A stretch of DNA of 64,000 nucleotides from a virus: the IMG/VR virus record IMGVR_UViG_3300047409_000266, positions 1 to 64,000 of that record; one strand, written 5' to 3'. The translations under genes and the position numbers were made by a program. This document shows, piece after piece, positions 36,483 through 45,181 of this stretch (position 1 is the first letter of the stretch; every line of letters begins with the position of its first letter). Below the pieces are notes generated by a model. The model made no database searches and was not told the origin of the DNA. It saw only the letters and a program-made list of their open reading frames with translations.

Positions 36483-36653
36483 ATGGCTGCCGCCGTAGCA
36501 ATCAGGCATATTGCGCAAGGTATCTGCCGAGTAGTTAGCAGAGGTTGCGTCATGGACGAAAAGCCGAAGCGTCCTGTATGCACGGCGAAGAATTGTCGAA
36601 TGGTTCGGATCGCGCACATGGCCGTTAAATCGGCGCTGGAACAGACCAAGTAA
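36483..36653 (+). CDS. 56-aa cassette ORF
   Basis: hand-translated; bounded by linkers. Confidence 0.5.
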   Translation: MAAAVAIRHIAQGICRVVSRGCVMDEKPKRPVCTAKNCRMVRIAHMAVKSALEQTK

Positions 36654-36666
36654 GGGACCGCGATCC

Positions 36667-36798
36667 GTGAAGCAATTCGGAATATCAGGCGAATGTTTAG
36701 ACCATGTCGCTGAAATGCGAGAGCGAGAGAGAGACAAATATCTCCGGTCGTACTCAACTTGGTTTCGGAGACTTTTGCACTGGCTAGGATTGGAGTGA
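36667..36798 (+). CDS. 43-aa cassette ORF
   Basis: hand-translated; bounded by linkers. Confidence 0.5.
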   Translation: MKQFGISGECLDHVAEMRERERDKYLRSYSTWFRRLLHWLGLE

Positions 36799-36808
36799 AA
36801 GGGACGCC

Positions 36809-37042
36809 ATGACGCGCACAGAGGCAGAAGCCGAAATGGTTCAGGGGTTCATGGACGGCTATGACGTGGATTGTCCGGTGCCAAGTCTCAATCGCAGCTA
36901 TAGTTATCGGCACGGGTTTTTGAACGGTCGCGATGACAAAGTTCTCAAGCGTCCGCGAGACACCGCAGAGCGATTACGCGAGATAGCCGAGGACTGTATC
37001 GCACTCGATTGCGGTGAAGTCGTTTTGGCGCAGATGGCATAG
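36809..37042 (+). CDS. cassette ORF
   Basis: EMVQGFMDG...NRSYSYRHGFLNGRDD. Confidence 0.6.
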   Translation: MTRTEAEAEMVQGFMDGYDVDCPVPSLNRSYSYRHGFLNGRDDKVLKRPRDTAERLREIAEDCIALDCGEVVLAQMA

Positions 37043-37058
37043 AGCCGAAAGGGACGCC

Positions 37059-37376
37059 GTGCTGATCCCCTGTGATATGGGCTCCGAATGTTACTGGCCA
37101 GCGTGCAATCTAGATTGCCGTGGGCGGATCATGGAGGCCAAAACGCTTAGCGTGGCTGTGCCAATTGCCGATAAGGTAAACCGCTGCGAAACCTGTGGCG
37201 TCGATACCGACTTTATTCACGACCACAAGTCGGACAACTCCGGTTTAGATGACGGCCCTTACTTACCTGGGTGTAGGCCACGGAAGCGGCCAGTTCGCAG
37301 GGACGATCTTGGCGAGGTGCGCAAGCGGGCGTGGCAAACGCGGCGCACTAAATACGGCAGCAGGGGGCACAGATAG
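37059..37376 (+). CDS. cassette ORF, Cys-rich
   Basis: GTG after linker. Confidence 0.5.
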   Translation: MLIPCDMGSECYWPACNLDCRGRIMEAKTLSVAVPIADKVNRCETCGVDTDFIHDHKSDNSGLDDGPYLPGCRPRKRPVRRDDLGEVRKRAWQTRRTKYGSRGHR

Positions 37377-37378
37377 CA

Positions 37379-37549
37379 ATGAAAACACTTGGCCAGCTTT
37401 CCTATGAACGCGATCTTGAGTTGCGCCCGCTCTATCACGATGGCGAGCGACGTAAGCCATGGGAGAAACTTAGCGAGATTTGCAGGTGGAGTTGGAATCG
37501 ACCGATACCTATTCCAGCGCGGGAGGACGGCGATGGCGCGCGGGTTTGA
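37379..37549 (+). CDS. 56-aa ORF
   Basis: MKTLGQLSYERDL...YHDG..RKPWEKL. Confidence 0.5.
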   Translation: MKTLGQLSYERDLELRPLYHDGERRKPWEKLSEICRWSWNRPIPIPAREDGDGARV

Positions 37550-37694
37550 TCGTTTTGAGGAAGGCGAGCGACTGATCAATATGCTGCTCAAATCTAGCGA
37601 ATGTGGCGGCATGGGAATGAACGAGACGCCATGTGAATATTTGCGGCGACTACTCGATGTACTTAAAAACGCAACAATCATGCTTGAGGAATGA
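37533..37694 (+). CDS. 53-aa ORF
   Basis: GGAGG RBS, MARGFDRF... Confidence 0.45.
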   Translation: MARGFDRFEEGERLINMLLKSSECGGMGMNETPCEYLRRLLDVLKNATIMLEE

Positions 37695-37697
37695 GCC

Positions 37698-37892
37698 ATG
37701 ACTATGAAGGTTGAATGTTATTTCTGCGGCGACGATTGCTCAACCGCACACGCGACCTGGCATGGCTACCCGTGTCACATCATGTGCATTCCAGCAAAGC
37801 CAAAGAAAACCGTGAGTGAAGTTGCTACACCGCAACCAATGCGGACTGGCGGCGTGCCAGTCTTTGCCCGTGTCAATGGCACAGAAATATAA
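37698..37892 (+). CDS. Cys-rich ORF
   Basis: CYFCGDDC...CHIMC; ends in linker. Confidence 0.55.
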   Translation: MTMKVECYFCGDDCSTAHATWHGYPCHIMCIPAKPKKTVSEVATPQPMRTGGVPVFARVNGTEI

Positions 37893-37902
37893 AGGGACCG
37901 CG

Positions 37903-38094
37903 ATGGCACGCAAAAAGAAGAAAGACGGCAAGCACATTTGCAAATGCGAATGTGGCGGCGAGGTTCGCGGCGTTGAAAGCCTGGGGCGCATGTTTACATG
38001 GTGCGAGAAATGCACGCCCATCACTAAGATCGCGCCCGATGCAATTGCGTCATGGTATCACGGCGACATCGACGGTGATGGATCGCTGGCATAG
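37903..38094 (+). CDS. cassette ORF, zinc-ribbon-like
   Basis: CKCECGG...CEKC. Confidence 0.55.
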   Translation: MARKKKKDGKHICKCECGGEVRGVESLGRMFTWCEKCTPITKIAPDAIASWYHGDIDGDGSLA

Positions 38095-38113
38095 AGCCGA
38101 AAGGGACCGCGAC

Positions 38114-38674
38114 GTGTGGCCTACGGAATATCGATTGATTAAAACTCTGCGAGAGCGCGCAGACTTAAAGCAACGCAACGTCTGCTATTGGTGTGCCATG
38201 CCAATGTTGAATGATGTGACGGCTGAACATTTGATCCCTCGACACGCGGGCGGCAAAACTGTTGCGGGAAACATCGTGGCGGCACATCGCAAATGCAATA
38301 GCGGACGGCAACACCAAGACCCATTAAGACGACAAGAACAGTTGCAAAATGCGTTGCGAAATTCTTTGCAACGAACGTGCATGGAGGTCGTGGTGCCAGT
38401 CAACAAATTTTATAATGATAATTTTACGGCGGCAGAGTTGGCCGACGCGATTGAACTCGGTTCTGCAATTTCTATACGGCGAGATCAGAAGTGGGTAACG
38501 TATCGAATGCGCCCGCTGTTCTCAAAGATGGTGGCTAGAGCAATTCGACTTGGTTGTCCTAGCGAATGCTGGCACGCGAAGATAGATGACGGGGCGATGT
38601 TAAAATGTAGCTTGAAGGGTGGCCATGGCGGTCAACATAAAATGGCTGTCATTGCTACGCAGGACGAATTTTGA
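38114..38674 (+). CDS. HNH endonuclease fused in frame to an unrelated C-terminal segment
   Basis: CYWC...TAEHLIPRHAGG...NIVAAHRKCN. Confidence 0.7.
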   Translation: MWPTEYRLIKTLRERADLKQRNVCYWCAMPMLNDVTAEHLIPRHAGGKTVAGNIVAAHRKCNSGRQHQDPLRRQEQLQNALRNSLQRTCMEVVVPVNKFYNDNFTAAELADAIELGSAISIRRDQKWVTYRMRPLFSKMVARAIRLGCPSECWHAKIDDGAMLKCSLKGGHGGQHKMAVIATQDEF

Positions 38675-38686
38675 AAGGGACGCAGC

Positions 38687-38866
38687 GTGTGGGGCGAAGT
38701 ATACTCGACTGGATGGGGAATGCCGCTCATGTTTTGCCGGGTTTGCGGTGGGCGCGTAGGTGACGGCGCGTGCCCGCGTCACCCGCAAGCGCCAGAAGGA
38801 ATGCAAATGCTGATCGACAAATATCTTGGCTTGCTAGTTGGCAGGCACGTAGAACAGACAACTTAA
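38687..38866 (+). CDS. 59-aa cassette ORF
   Basis: CRVC...CPRH; bounded by linkers. Confidence 0.5.
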   Translation: MWGEVYSTGWGMPLMFCRVCGGRVGDGACPRHPQAPEGMQMLIDKYLGLLVGRHVEQTT

Positions 38867-38877
38867 AGGCACGAGCC

Positions 38878-39054
38878 ATGAGCATTCGGATTGCTGGAAG
38901 CATGACGAGGCTAGCGGAGCGCAATGCGTTCGAGCGAGTTGCGCGTTGGCATTCTCGAATGTCTAAGCTGGCCAAAAACAGTGAAGAAAAATATTGGCAC
39001 TTGAACGCAGCCAAGGTGTTCCGATCATGGAAGCGCCGTGGGATTCAAACTTAG
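38878..39054 (+). CDS. cassette ORF
   Basis: ATG after TAAAGGCACG. Confidence 0.5.
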   Translation: MSIRIAGSMTRLAERNAFERVARWHSRMSKLAKNSEEKYWHLNAAKVFRSWKRRGIQT

Positions 39055-39064
39055 AGGACCACGC

Positions 39065-39220
39065 TTGGCCTTAGAGCTAAAATATAGTCCGCGCTTTATA
39101 AACCGCCTGCAACGATTGGCGCGCGGCGCGACTTATCCGATTTGGTCAATGACAAGTTTCAAGGCTTCAGTAAGTAAACCGAAGCCGATACGGCAAGACA
39201 AACTGAAACGCAGGAAATAG
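39065..39220 (+). CDS. basic cassette ORF
   Basis: TTG after TAGAGGACCACGC. Confidence 0.4.
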   Translation: MALELKYSPRFINRLQRLARGATYPIWSMTSFKASVSKPKPIRQDKLKRRK

Positions 39221-39230
39221 GGACCGCGCA

Positions 39231-39353
39231 GTGAACTTGATTGATGTTCTACGAGAAGGCGGCGAACCTGCAATGCAGATGATTAGTGGATTTATTTTTA
39301 TTTTCGGACTGCTCATTGAGTTGATTTGGATTGCTGACGAGATTCAAAAATAG
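39231..39353 (+). CDS. 40-aa TM peptide, last unit of right array
   Basis: GTG after TAGGGACCGC. Confidence 0.45.
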   Translation: MNLIDVLREGGEPAMQMISGFIFIFGLLIELIWIADEIQK

Positions 39354-39360
39354 GGGAGAT

Positions 39361-39834
39361 TTATCGCCGCTGTGCCTTCATCCGCCTAAAACTTTCTGGC
39401 TGGTCCCAAAGTCCTTGCCAAATACCGCGCAGATTCTCACGCGCCTCCGCCTCCGCAGCGGCATAAACTCCCTTGGAATATCTGGCGTAATCTATCGCCA
39501 TTCCAGCGCGGACCATTTGCTCACCCAGGTCTTTGCCATCGACTGAACACGTCGCAATGATTCGATTATAAATATCGATGGTGCCTGTCAAACATTCAAC
39601 GCGCTTGTTCAGGATCAAACTCAGAAGATACGTCCTGGCGGCCACGCCGCAGCGGTATGGCGTATGATTGGCATCAAGGCATGTCTGATCGAGCTCTGGC
39701 GCGTCCACGCCATAGAGCCGGACGCGCTTACCACCAACAATCAAAGAATCGCCATCCGTGACCTTCACATCGTTGTCGACCAGCGTGAAAGCTGCGACCA
39801 GGATGCCAATGGCAAGTGCTGCAATGCGAATCAT
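39361..39834 (-). CDS. thermonuclease (SNase) family protein, exported or membrane-anchored
   Basis: VTDGDSL...VRLYGVDAPE...DIYNRIIA...AE.EAR...RGIW. Confidence 0.9.
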   Translation of the reverse strand: MIRIAALAIGILVAAFTLVDNDVKVTDGDSLIVGGKRVRLYGVDAPELDQTCLDANHTPYRCGVAARTYLLSLILNKRVECLTGTIDIYNRIIATCSVDGKDLGEQMVRAGMAIDYARYSKGVYAAAEAEARENLRGIWQGLWDQPESFRRMKAQRR

Positions 39835-40067
39835 TTTAACCTCTTAAAGCCAAGATGCTCGGCAAGAGACCTTGAGATCTCGCACTGTGGCATTGGGATA
39901 AAATCGACGTTGTCGTTGTTCTTCAAAGCGGTGCGCATATTTATGATGATATCACGCTGCGCATCAAGGTATCCGCACGAATATGCCAGACTTGCGCGAT
40001 TTGCCAAAAACACGATAGCCACGAACGCAACAGCCAAAGTGCAACTTCCAATAATTCTCCAGATCAT
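39831..40067 (-). CDS. membrane-anchored hypothetical protein
   Basis: overlapping start/stop within operon. Confidence 0.55.
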   Translation of the reverse strand: MIWRIIGSCTLAVAFVAIVFLANRASLAYSCGYLDAQRDIIINMRTALKNNDNVDFIPMPQCEISRSLAEHLGFKRLK

Positions 40068-40285
40068 TTCCAGCCTCCCTTAAGAATACGGTCGGCACGT
40101 CGCAGATTGCCGATGTTGAATTTTGCTCTGAACATCACTCTACGTTGTCGCGGTGCGGTAAGTCCTGGATGAAACCGTGGAGGTGCGGCATCCCATTCGC
40201 CGGCTTCGAGTGCGAACGGTTCAAGTGCTCGCTTGAGCGCTCTGATGCGGCGGCGCAGGCGGCCGTATTTGGTTGGCTTCCTCAC
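40064..40285 (-). CDS. hypothetical protein
   Basis: overlapping start/stop within operon. Confidence 0.55.
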   Translation of the reverse strand: MRKPTKYGRLRRRIRALKRALEPFALEAGEWDAAPPRFHPGLTAPRQRRVMFRAKFNIGNLRRADRILKGGWK

Positions 40286-40707
40286 CGGCTGAACCCCCGT
40301 GATTGCAGTTTCCGGCCGCTGTTCCAGGGGTGTTTCCTCCCTGGGATCGATCCTGTGCGTTTTCGAGGCTTCCCAGGTTGTCGGGTAGCGACCGTCTGCC
40401 GAGACGCAACCAGTGCCTTCGCCAAGCGGTCGGCCTTGCGCATTTCGGGAATGTCCTTTTTGGCGGTCTTATCTTTGTGGGCTTTCCGGAATCGCCACGT
40501 CACGTTCCACGGCTGGTGAGGGTTGACGCCTTGCTTGATCGCGTCGTCGTACCGGATCGGGTAATGGTCTCGAGCGAACAAAGAAATCACCATATCTGCG
40601 GTCATCTGCTTCGCATGCTCATACGGAATCGCAGGTTTGCCGTCTGGACCAGGGATCTGCAATAGCGCGGCGGCAAGCTGCACCTTCATTGGGATATGTC
40701 TACTCAT
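40282..40707 (-). CDS. HNH-like nuclease
   Basis: RDHYP...PWN...AHKDKT..D....KADRL. Confidence 0.5.
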   Translation of the reverse strand: MSRHIPMKVQLAAALLQIPGPDGKPAIPYEHAKQMTADMVISLFARDHYPIRYDDAIKQGVNPHQPWNVTWRFRKAHKDKTAKKDIPEMRKADRLAKALVASRQTVATRQPGKPRKRTGSIPGRKHPWNSGRKLQSRGFSR

Positions 40708-41123
40708 GGCAGTAGATCGCCTATAGCTCGTTCGGCGCGGCGCCGAGCCTTGAGGTTTTTTGCTTTCTCCTTCGCGTCGTAGCGCAGATGGCACATTTGA
40801 CAGAGCACGCGAAGATTTGAAATTTTATTATCTTCTGGCTTATGATTGAGGTGTGCTGTGGTGAGAACGATCCTGATAATCTTGAGTTTGAGATCGCCAG
40901 CACACCATGCGTGTTCGCCAGGGCGCGGCCAAGTAAGGCGCATGCCATTGGTTCCGGTTGGATGTGCATCATGCCACTTGCCTACCTTGTCACGGCCACC
41001 GAGAGCACCGTTTGGCAACCCGCATTCCTGACAGCGGTTGCCAGCGCGAAAGCGGCGAAGCGCCGAGATCGAGTCCCAGTCTTTCGCGTATCTTGACCGT
41101 TCTGATTCTCTGATTGGCATCAC
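40704..41123 (-). CDS. HNH endonuclease-like protein
   Basis: RAGNRCQECG...VLTTAHLNH.PEDN...NLRVLCQMCHLRYD. Confidence 0.75.
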   Translation of the reverse strand: MMPIRESERSRYAKDWDSISALRRFRAGNRCQECGLPNGALGGRDKVGKWHDAHPTGTNGMRLTWPRPGEHAWCAGDLKLKIIRIVLTTAHLNHKPEDNKISNLRVLCQMCHLRYDAKEKAKNLKARRRAERAIGDLLP

Positions 41124-41449
41124 ACAACCTCCTTCTCTACGGCCTCGGTACCGATCTCGCGTACGGATGGCCCGACGTCTTTCAGTGATCGATCGATATC
41201 GGCCAGGACGAAGTCGCGCGGTTCGCTGGGCGGGAAACCATCGATGAGTATTCTCAGGCGCGTTAGCATTTCTCTCATGCGCTCGATCTTCTCGCCAGCG
41301 TTCGACGGATTGAGCCTGTCTTTTATGCGGTAGACGTGGAATTGCTTTCCTGGGTGTTCTGCTCGGAGTCGATCGCGCTCGCTGAGAGCGCCAGATATGT
41401 TTTTGTGCTGCATGAATTTGTAGCCCGAGACAATGAATCGGTCAGACAT
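41120..41449 (-). CDS. hypothetical protein
   Basis: operon continuity. Confidence 0.55.
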   Translation of the reverse strand: MSDRFIVSGYKFMQHKNISGALSERDRLRAEHPGKQFHVYRIKDRLNPSNAGEKIERMREMLTRLRILIDGFPPSEPRDFVLADIDRSLKDVGPSVREIGTEAVEKEVV

Positions 41450-41990
41450 GACTCCCTCTCTCGTTTGGCTTGGTTGATTCAGTTGCTTCTTTCTTGAGCG
41501 CGGCGACGTCGATGCCGGTTAGGATCGAGCATAGTTCGAGCACGTCGGCCTTGGATTTTTCGAAAGCCTGCTTGCCCATTGCTTTCGTTGACTGCGATTT
41601 TGGCTCACGCCGCACGATCGTATCGTCGTTGACGAAAAATCGGCAGTAGATGTTTTGCGGATCGCGCATCAAACGAGATACCCACCGCATGGCCTCGTCT
41701 TTCGTCGCACATTTGATTGGGTGATCGGTGTAGTTTCCAGTCTCAATGAGCGCATAGTGCCGCAGATCCTCGGGGTCGGTGAACAGATGGCTGATGGTTT
41801 CCGGCAGGTTGTCGAAGGCATTTTTGAGGCATGCAAAATAGAACCGATGAGAAGCCTGCGACCGCGGTTCATCCACGATCATCGTGTGGTATTCACCTAC
41901 GCAAAACTGCGAATTGCAGAGGTCTCGATGCCGAGGATGGGGAACCATGTGCTCCCCATCCCACATCATGTTCACCGGCCTCTGGCGCAC
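41442..41990 (-). CDS. NinB/DUF1367-like recombination accessory protein
   Basis: RSQASHRFYFA...LRHYALIETG...KSQS...M....FEKSK; downstream of Bet. Confidence 0.55.
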   Translation of the reverse strand: MRQRPVNMMWDGEHMVPHPRHRDLCNSQFCVGEYHTMIVDEPRSQASHRFYFACLKNAFDNLPETISHLFTDPEDLRHYALIETGNYTDHPIKCATKDEAMRWVSRLMRDPQNIYCRFFVNDDTIVRREPKSQSTKAMGKQAFEKSKADVLELCSILTGIDVAALKKEATESTKPNERGSHV

Positions 41991-41993
41991 GGG

Positions 41994-43253
41994 CTATGCC
42001 GGGTATGCCGGGACGGCTGATTGTTTTGCAGTATAGGCCAGCCGCACCTCGGTCCGCTCGGCCTCAGATAGCGCCTGGATCGCCTCGTCATTGTCTTTGG
42101 CCCAGCGCAACGCACCCAGTTTGCTTTCGATCTTTTCCATGCTGGATATCAGGGCATCCTTTTTTGACGCACTGGCGGCCTTCTCTGTGGCTTGCTCTTT
42201 CGGCTGCTCTGGCTCCTTGGCGGCTGCGGGCTTCGCCGGGGTATGTTTTGCGCCTCTGGCCTTCTCAATCTCAGCTTTCAGCGCCAAGGCGTCGTTCTTA
42301 CTGTGCCCCCAGAATTCTTGGAGTGTGGCGCGGTTCTGATCTTCAAACAGCTTGATCTGCTCCGGTGTTTTGCCACTGAGCCACGCGATCACAGTGTCGG
42401 CAAACTTTCCGAATGGGATTTTCTCCTGCGCGGTGGTGTCGTGGAAGTAGACCATGAGGCCGGGAGGTCCGAGACGCGCGAGGCGATTCTCAGTCTCGGC
42501 CTTTGTCACCATCTCGCTCGGCGTGAGGTCTTGATATTCGACATCCTCGAGCACGGCGGAGCGATCGGTTTCTTCCTGCACATAGAGACGTGACAGATCC
42601 TCGGGCCAGCCTTTCCGCAGAGCGCCCATCTCGGAGCATTTGGCGATCTGATTGCGGCCTGACTTGATCCAAGCGTCTTTTTTAGGATCGAGACGAGCGG
42701 TGACTTTCGCGCCGGCCTTCAATTTCTTTCGCTTTTTCGGATTGCCATCCGGCCATGTCTCGCCTGTTTCTACCATGTCGTAATCGTCATCATCGCCAGC
42801 ACGAATAAGAGGCGCAAACTCGTCCCAGTAGACCGTGTGCACGATGCGCTGGAATGGATCGTTGGCGGTCGGTCGATGATAGACACCGACAGTGCATGTC
42901 TCGATGCCGTGCGGGTTGCTAAGAGGGTCTTTCAATTCCTCTTTGAAAACCCATACTGGCGGGTGATCGTCAGGACGATAATTGCATGTGCGCGCTGCGA
43001 TTGACCGGCTACCGTCGATGCCGGTGACGAGGACCATGTTTCGTTTCTTCGGATCATTCTTTGAAAAAACAAAAGCGTAGAGTTGTTTGCGAAGCGGCGA
43101 GAGGTTCAATTCTCGCGCCACCGCAACCGCCTCGTCGAATTCGTCGGCGTTGCAATCCTTGAAAGCCGTGCGCCTGACTAGCGAGACCATCTTCGGATCT
43201 TGCCACCAGGAAGTTGCTGGCAGTGTGTTGGTGGGCTTTGTGAGGGCGTTCAT
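41994..43253 (-). CDS. bet: Bet/RecT single-strand annealing recombinase
   Basis: LSPLRKQLY...TGIDGSR.IA.RT...QIAKCSEMGALRKGWPEDL..LY..EE. Confidence 0.85.
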   Translation of the reverse strand: MNALTKPTNTLPATSWWQDPKMVSLVRRTAFKDCNADEFDEAVAVARELNLSPLRKQLYAFVFSKNDPKKRNMVLVTGIDGSRSIAARTCNYRPDDHPPVWVFKEELKDPLSNPHGIETCTVGVYHRPTANDPFQRIVHTVYWDEFAPLIRAGDDDDYDMVETGETWPDGNPKKRKKLKAGAKVTARLDPKKDAWIKSGRNQIAKCSEMGALRKGWPEDLSRLYVQEETDRSAVLEDVEYQDLTPSEMVTKAETENRLARLGPPGLMVYFHDTTAQEKIPFGKFADTVIAWLSGKTPEQIKLFEDQNRATLQEFWGHSKNDALALKAEIEKARGAKHTPAKPAAAKEPEQPKEQATEKAASASKKDALISSMEKIESKLGALRWAKDNDEAIQALSEAERTEVRLAYTAKQSAVPAYPA

Positions 43254-43264
43254 TGGTGTGCTCC

Positions 43265-43909
43265 TTAGATAAATCTGATGGCGACAGAAAAACTCCCGTT
43301 GCCGAGCTCGGCACCTGGGATCGGCGGGTTTGCCGCGACGATGGCCTGCAACGCCGCGGAGTACGCTGGCGTGCCTTCCTCAAGCTCGCCCTTCTTAACG
43401 CGCGATTCGAGGTCATCGATCGCCTTAGAGCGCGCTCTCAATGCGGTGGTGAGATCGGCGCGACTAAGTGCTGGCTCTGGCACCTTGAAGAAGCTTGCCG
43501 GCACCATCGCCTCATCGGTAACGACAAGCTTGGGCTGGACAAAGCGCCTGCTGATTGTTGCGATGTCTAGTTCAAACTTATCCTGGCCGAGAACTTCAAG
43601 TGCGCTGACCAGCATGGTTCGCATGAAATCAATGCGGTTCTCCAGCCTGCTCTTGCGGGCCTGCTTGCGTTCGATCGACTTCTTGATGCCAAGCACGCGC
43701 GTATCGTCATCATCGATTTGGATAACGATCCGCTTCATCAATTCCAGAAGGTTGGTCTCGCCCTCGATGGTGTCCTGTAGGGTCTGCTCGTCCAGTTCCT
43801 GATCTTCTTCGGCCAGGATGGTTTTCAGTTGCTCCTTGAGCGCCGCGGCTGCGGCCGTCTCCTTGGCCAAGTCGCGCCGTGCGTCGGTGTTCTGTTTGGT
43901 ACGTGCCAT
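43265..43909 (-). CDS. siphovirus Gp157-family protein
   Basis: DTIEGET...coiled coil...VVTDEAMVPASFFK...IPGAEL. Confidence 0.8.
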   Translation of the reverse strand: MARTKQNTDARRDLAKETAAAAALKEQLKTILAEEDQELDEQTLQDTIEGETNLLELMKRIVIQIDDDDTRVLGIKKSIERKQARKSRLENRIDFMRTMLVSALEVLGQDKFELDIATISRRFVQPKLVVTDEAMVPASFFKVPEPALSRADLTTALRARSKAIDDLESRVKKGELEEGTPAYSAALQAIVAANPPIPGAELGNGSFSVAIRFI

Positions 43910-43942
43910 TGTCGTTGCTCCTGTTATCGTGTTGACGTCAGA

Positions 43943-45181
43943 TTAAAGCGGCGAACCCTGCTTTTCTTCTCCGAGACTGACGAGGCGATCGATCAAGAAG
44001 TCCTCGAATTCGCGCGTCTCGTCGAGAAGCCCGTGTTTGATGTGGAGGAATTCCTCCACCAGCGTTGCGGCAACCCGCTTAGTGCCCTGCATGAAGGCGC
44101 GTCGAGCGATGTAGATATTTCCGCCTTCAACCATACCCATAACGCTGGCCCCAAGCGTATCCGTGAGGATCAGCGGGTATTCGGTGACGTCGAAATGCAG
44201 AACCATCTTGCAAAACTTAACGGCCTTCTCGAGCATTTCCTTTTCAACGCCCTCTAGCGCTGTCGTGTTGGTGGAAAGCTCGACCCGCTTTGCATCCTTG
44301 TAGCGGCGGATTGCCGATATGTTGGTGCGCGCCACGCGGTCCTTCATCAGGTCATCGACCACCTTGAGGAACGTCGGCGACGGCTTGCCTGGACCCCAAA
44401 TGCCTTCCTCGCGAAAGTTGAGATCGTGCTCAAAATAGCTGTTCTGGGCGCCGAGCAATTCGCGGAGAAAGTTCTCATCGGTTGTGTCGAGGACATCGGC
44501 CGCGATTTGCATCGGTAGCCATGTCGGATATTTCGCGGTGCGATCTTCCGTGAGGTCGACAGAGCGCGTCATGTTGTAGGTGAATTTAGAAACCTTTGCC
44601 TTGGGGAATCGGTGGACCAAGATGCCGCGATAGAAGATACCGCTGCTCTCGCCTTCGTGCACCTCGCAGCCTTCCAGTTTTAGAAATGGACCATTCCCCA
44701 TCAGAATGAACATCGAACGGTTGCGATGCTGGGTGAGGAATTCAGGCCCTTCTACGAAGATGCGCGTCACGCCGGCAGTCGGCGCCGGTAGGGCACCATA
44801 GGCCATATCGTATTCGTAGAACGAACCGCCCTCATCCTTGTTGTTTTGATAAAGCTCGCGGTGGGCCATCGCCATGTCCCAAGTTTTCCCGAGCTCGTCA
44901 GTGAAGCCAAGCGGCTCGCCATCCATGGTGATGAAGCGAAACACCTTCTCGCGGATTATCTTTTCCACCAAACCAAATGCGTGAACGCGCTCGCCGGATT
45001 GGATTGTGATCTTGTGCCCTGGCGTGCGGGTGATAATCGCCAGCGCGTATTTCAGGCCGGTGCCGAAGATGCCAATCGGGCTATCGCCAACTTTCACATG
45101 CGCGCCGAATGTGCGAATCAGCAATGGGTCGATCTCGCCTGGGTTTTCAAAGATCACGCATGGGAATTTATCGTCGGTCAT
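43943..45181 (-). CDS. GHKL-type ATPase N-terminus with C-terminal metallopeptidase-like motif
   Basis: FENPGEID...FG..VK...PIGIFGTGLKYA...RELYQN..DEG; ATLVEEFLH. Confidence 0.6.
   Translation of the reverse strand: MTDDKFPCVIFENPGEIDPLLIRTFGAHVKVGDSPIGIFGTGLKYALAIITRTPGHKITIQSGERVHAFGLVEKIIREKVFRFITMDGEPLGFTDELGKTWDMAMAHRELYQNNKDEGGSFYEYDMAYGALPAPTAGVTRIFVEGPEFLTQHRNRSMFILMGNGPFLKLEGCEVHEGESSGIFYRGILVHRFPKAKVSKFTYNMTRSVDLTEDRTAKYPTWLPMQIAADVLDTTDENFLRELLGAQNSYFEHDLNFREEGIWGPGKPSPTFLKVVDDLMKDRVARTNISAIRRYKDAKRVELSTNTTALEGVEKEMLEKAVKFCKMVLHFDVTEYPLILTDTLGASVMGMVEGGNIYIARRAFMQGTKRVAATLVEEFLHIKHGLLDETREFEDFLIDRLVSLGEEKQGSPL

Larger units (their letters stand above)
35869..39228 (+). repeat. right array linker motif type C (stop)AAAGGGAC(C)GC, about 13 copies
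   Basis: copies or variants at 35869, 36048, 36154, 36469, 36651, 36796, 37048, 37890, 38100, 38672, 38864, 39052, 39218. Confidence 0.85.

Noticed and set aside
30095-39353. Classical integron or CRISPR array
   Set aside because: No tyrosine integrase or attC-type GTTRRRY palindromes; repeats are only 9-12 bp with variable ORF-sized spacers; no cas genes
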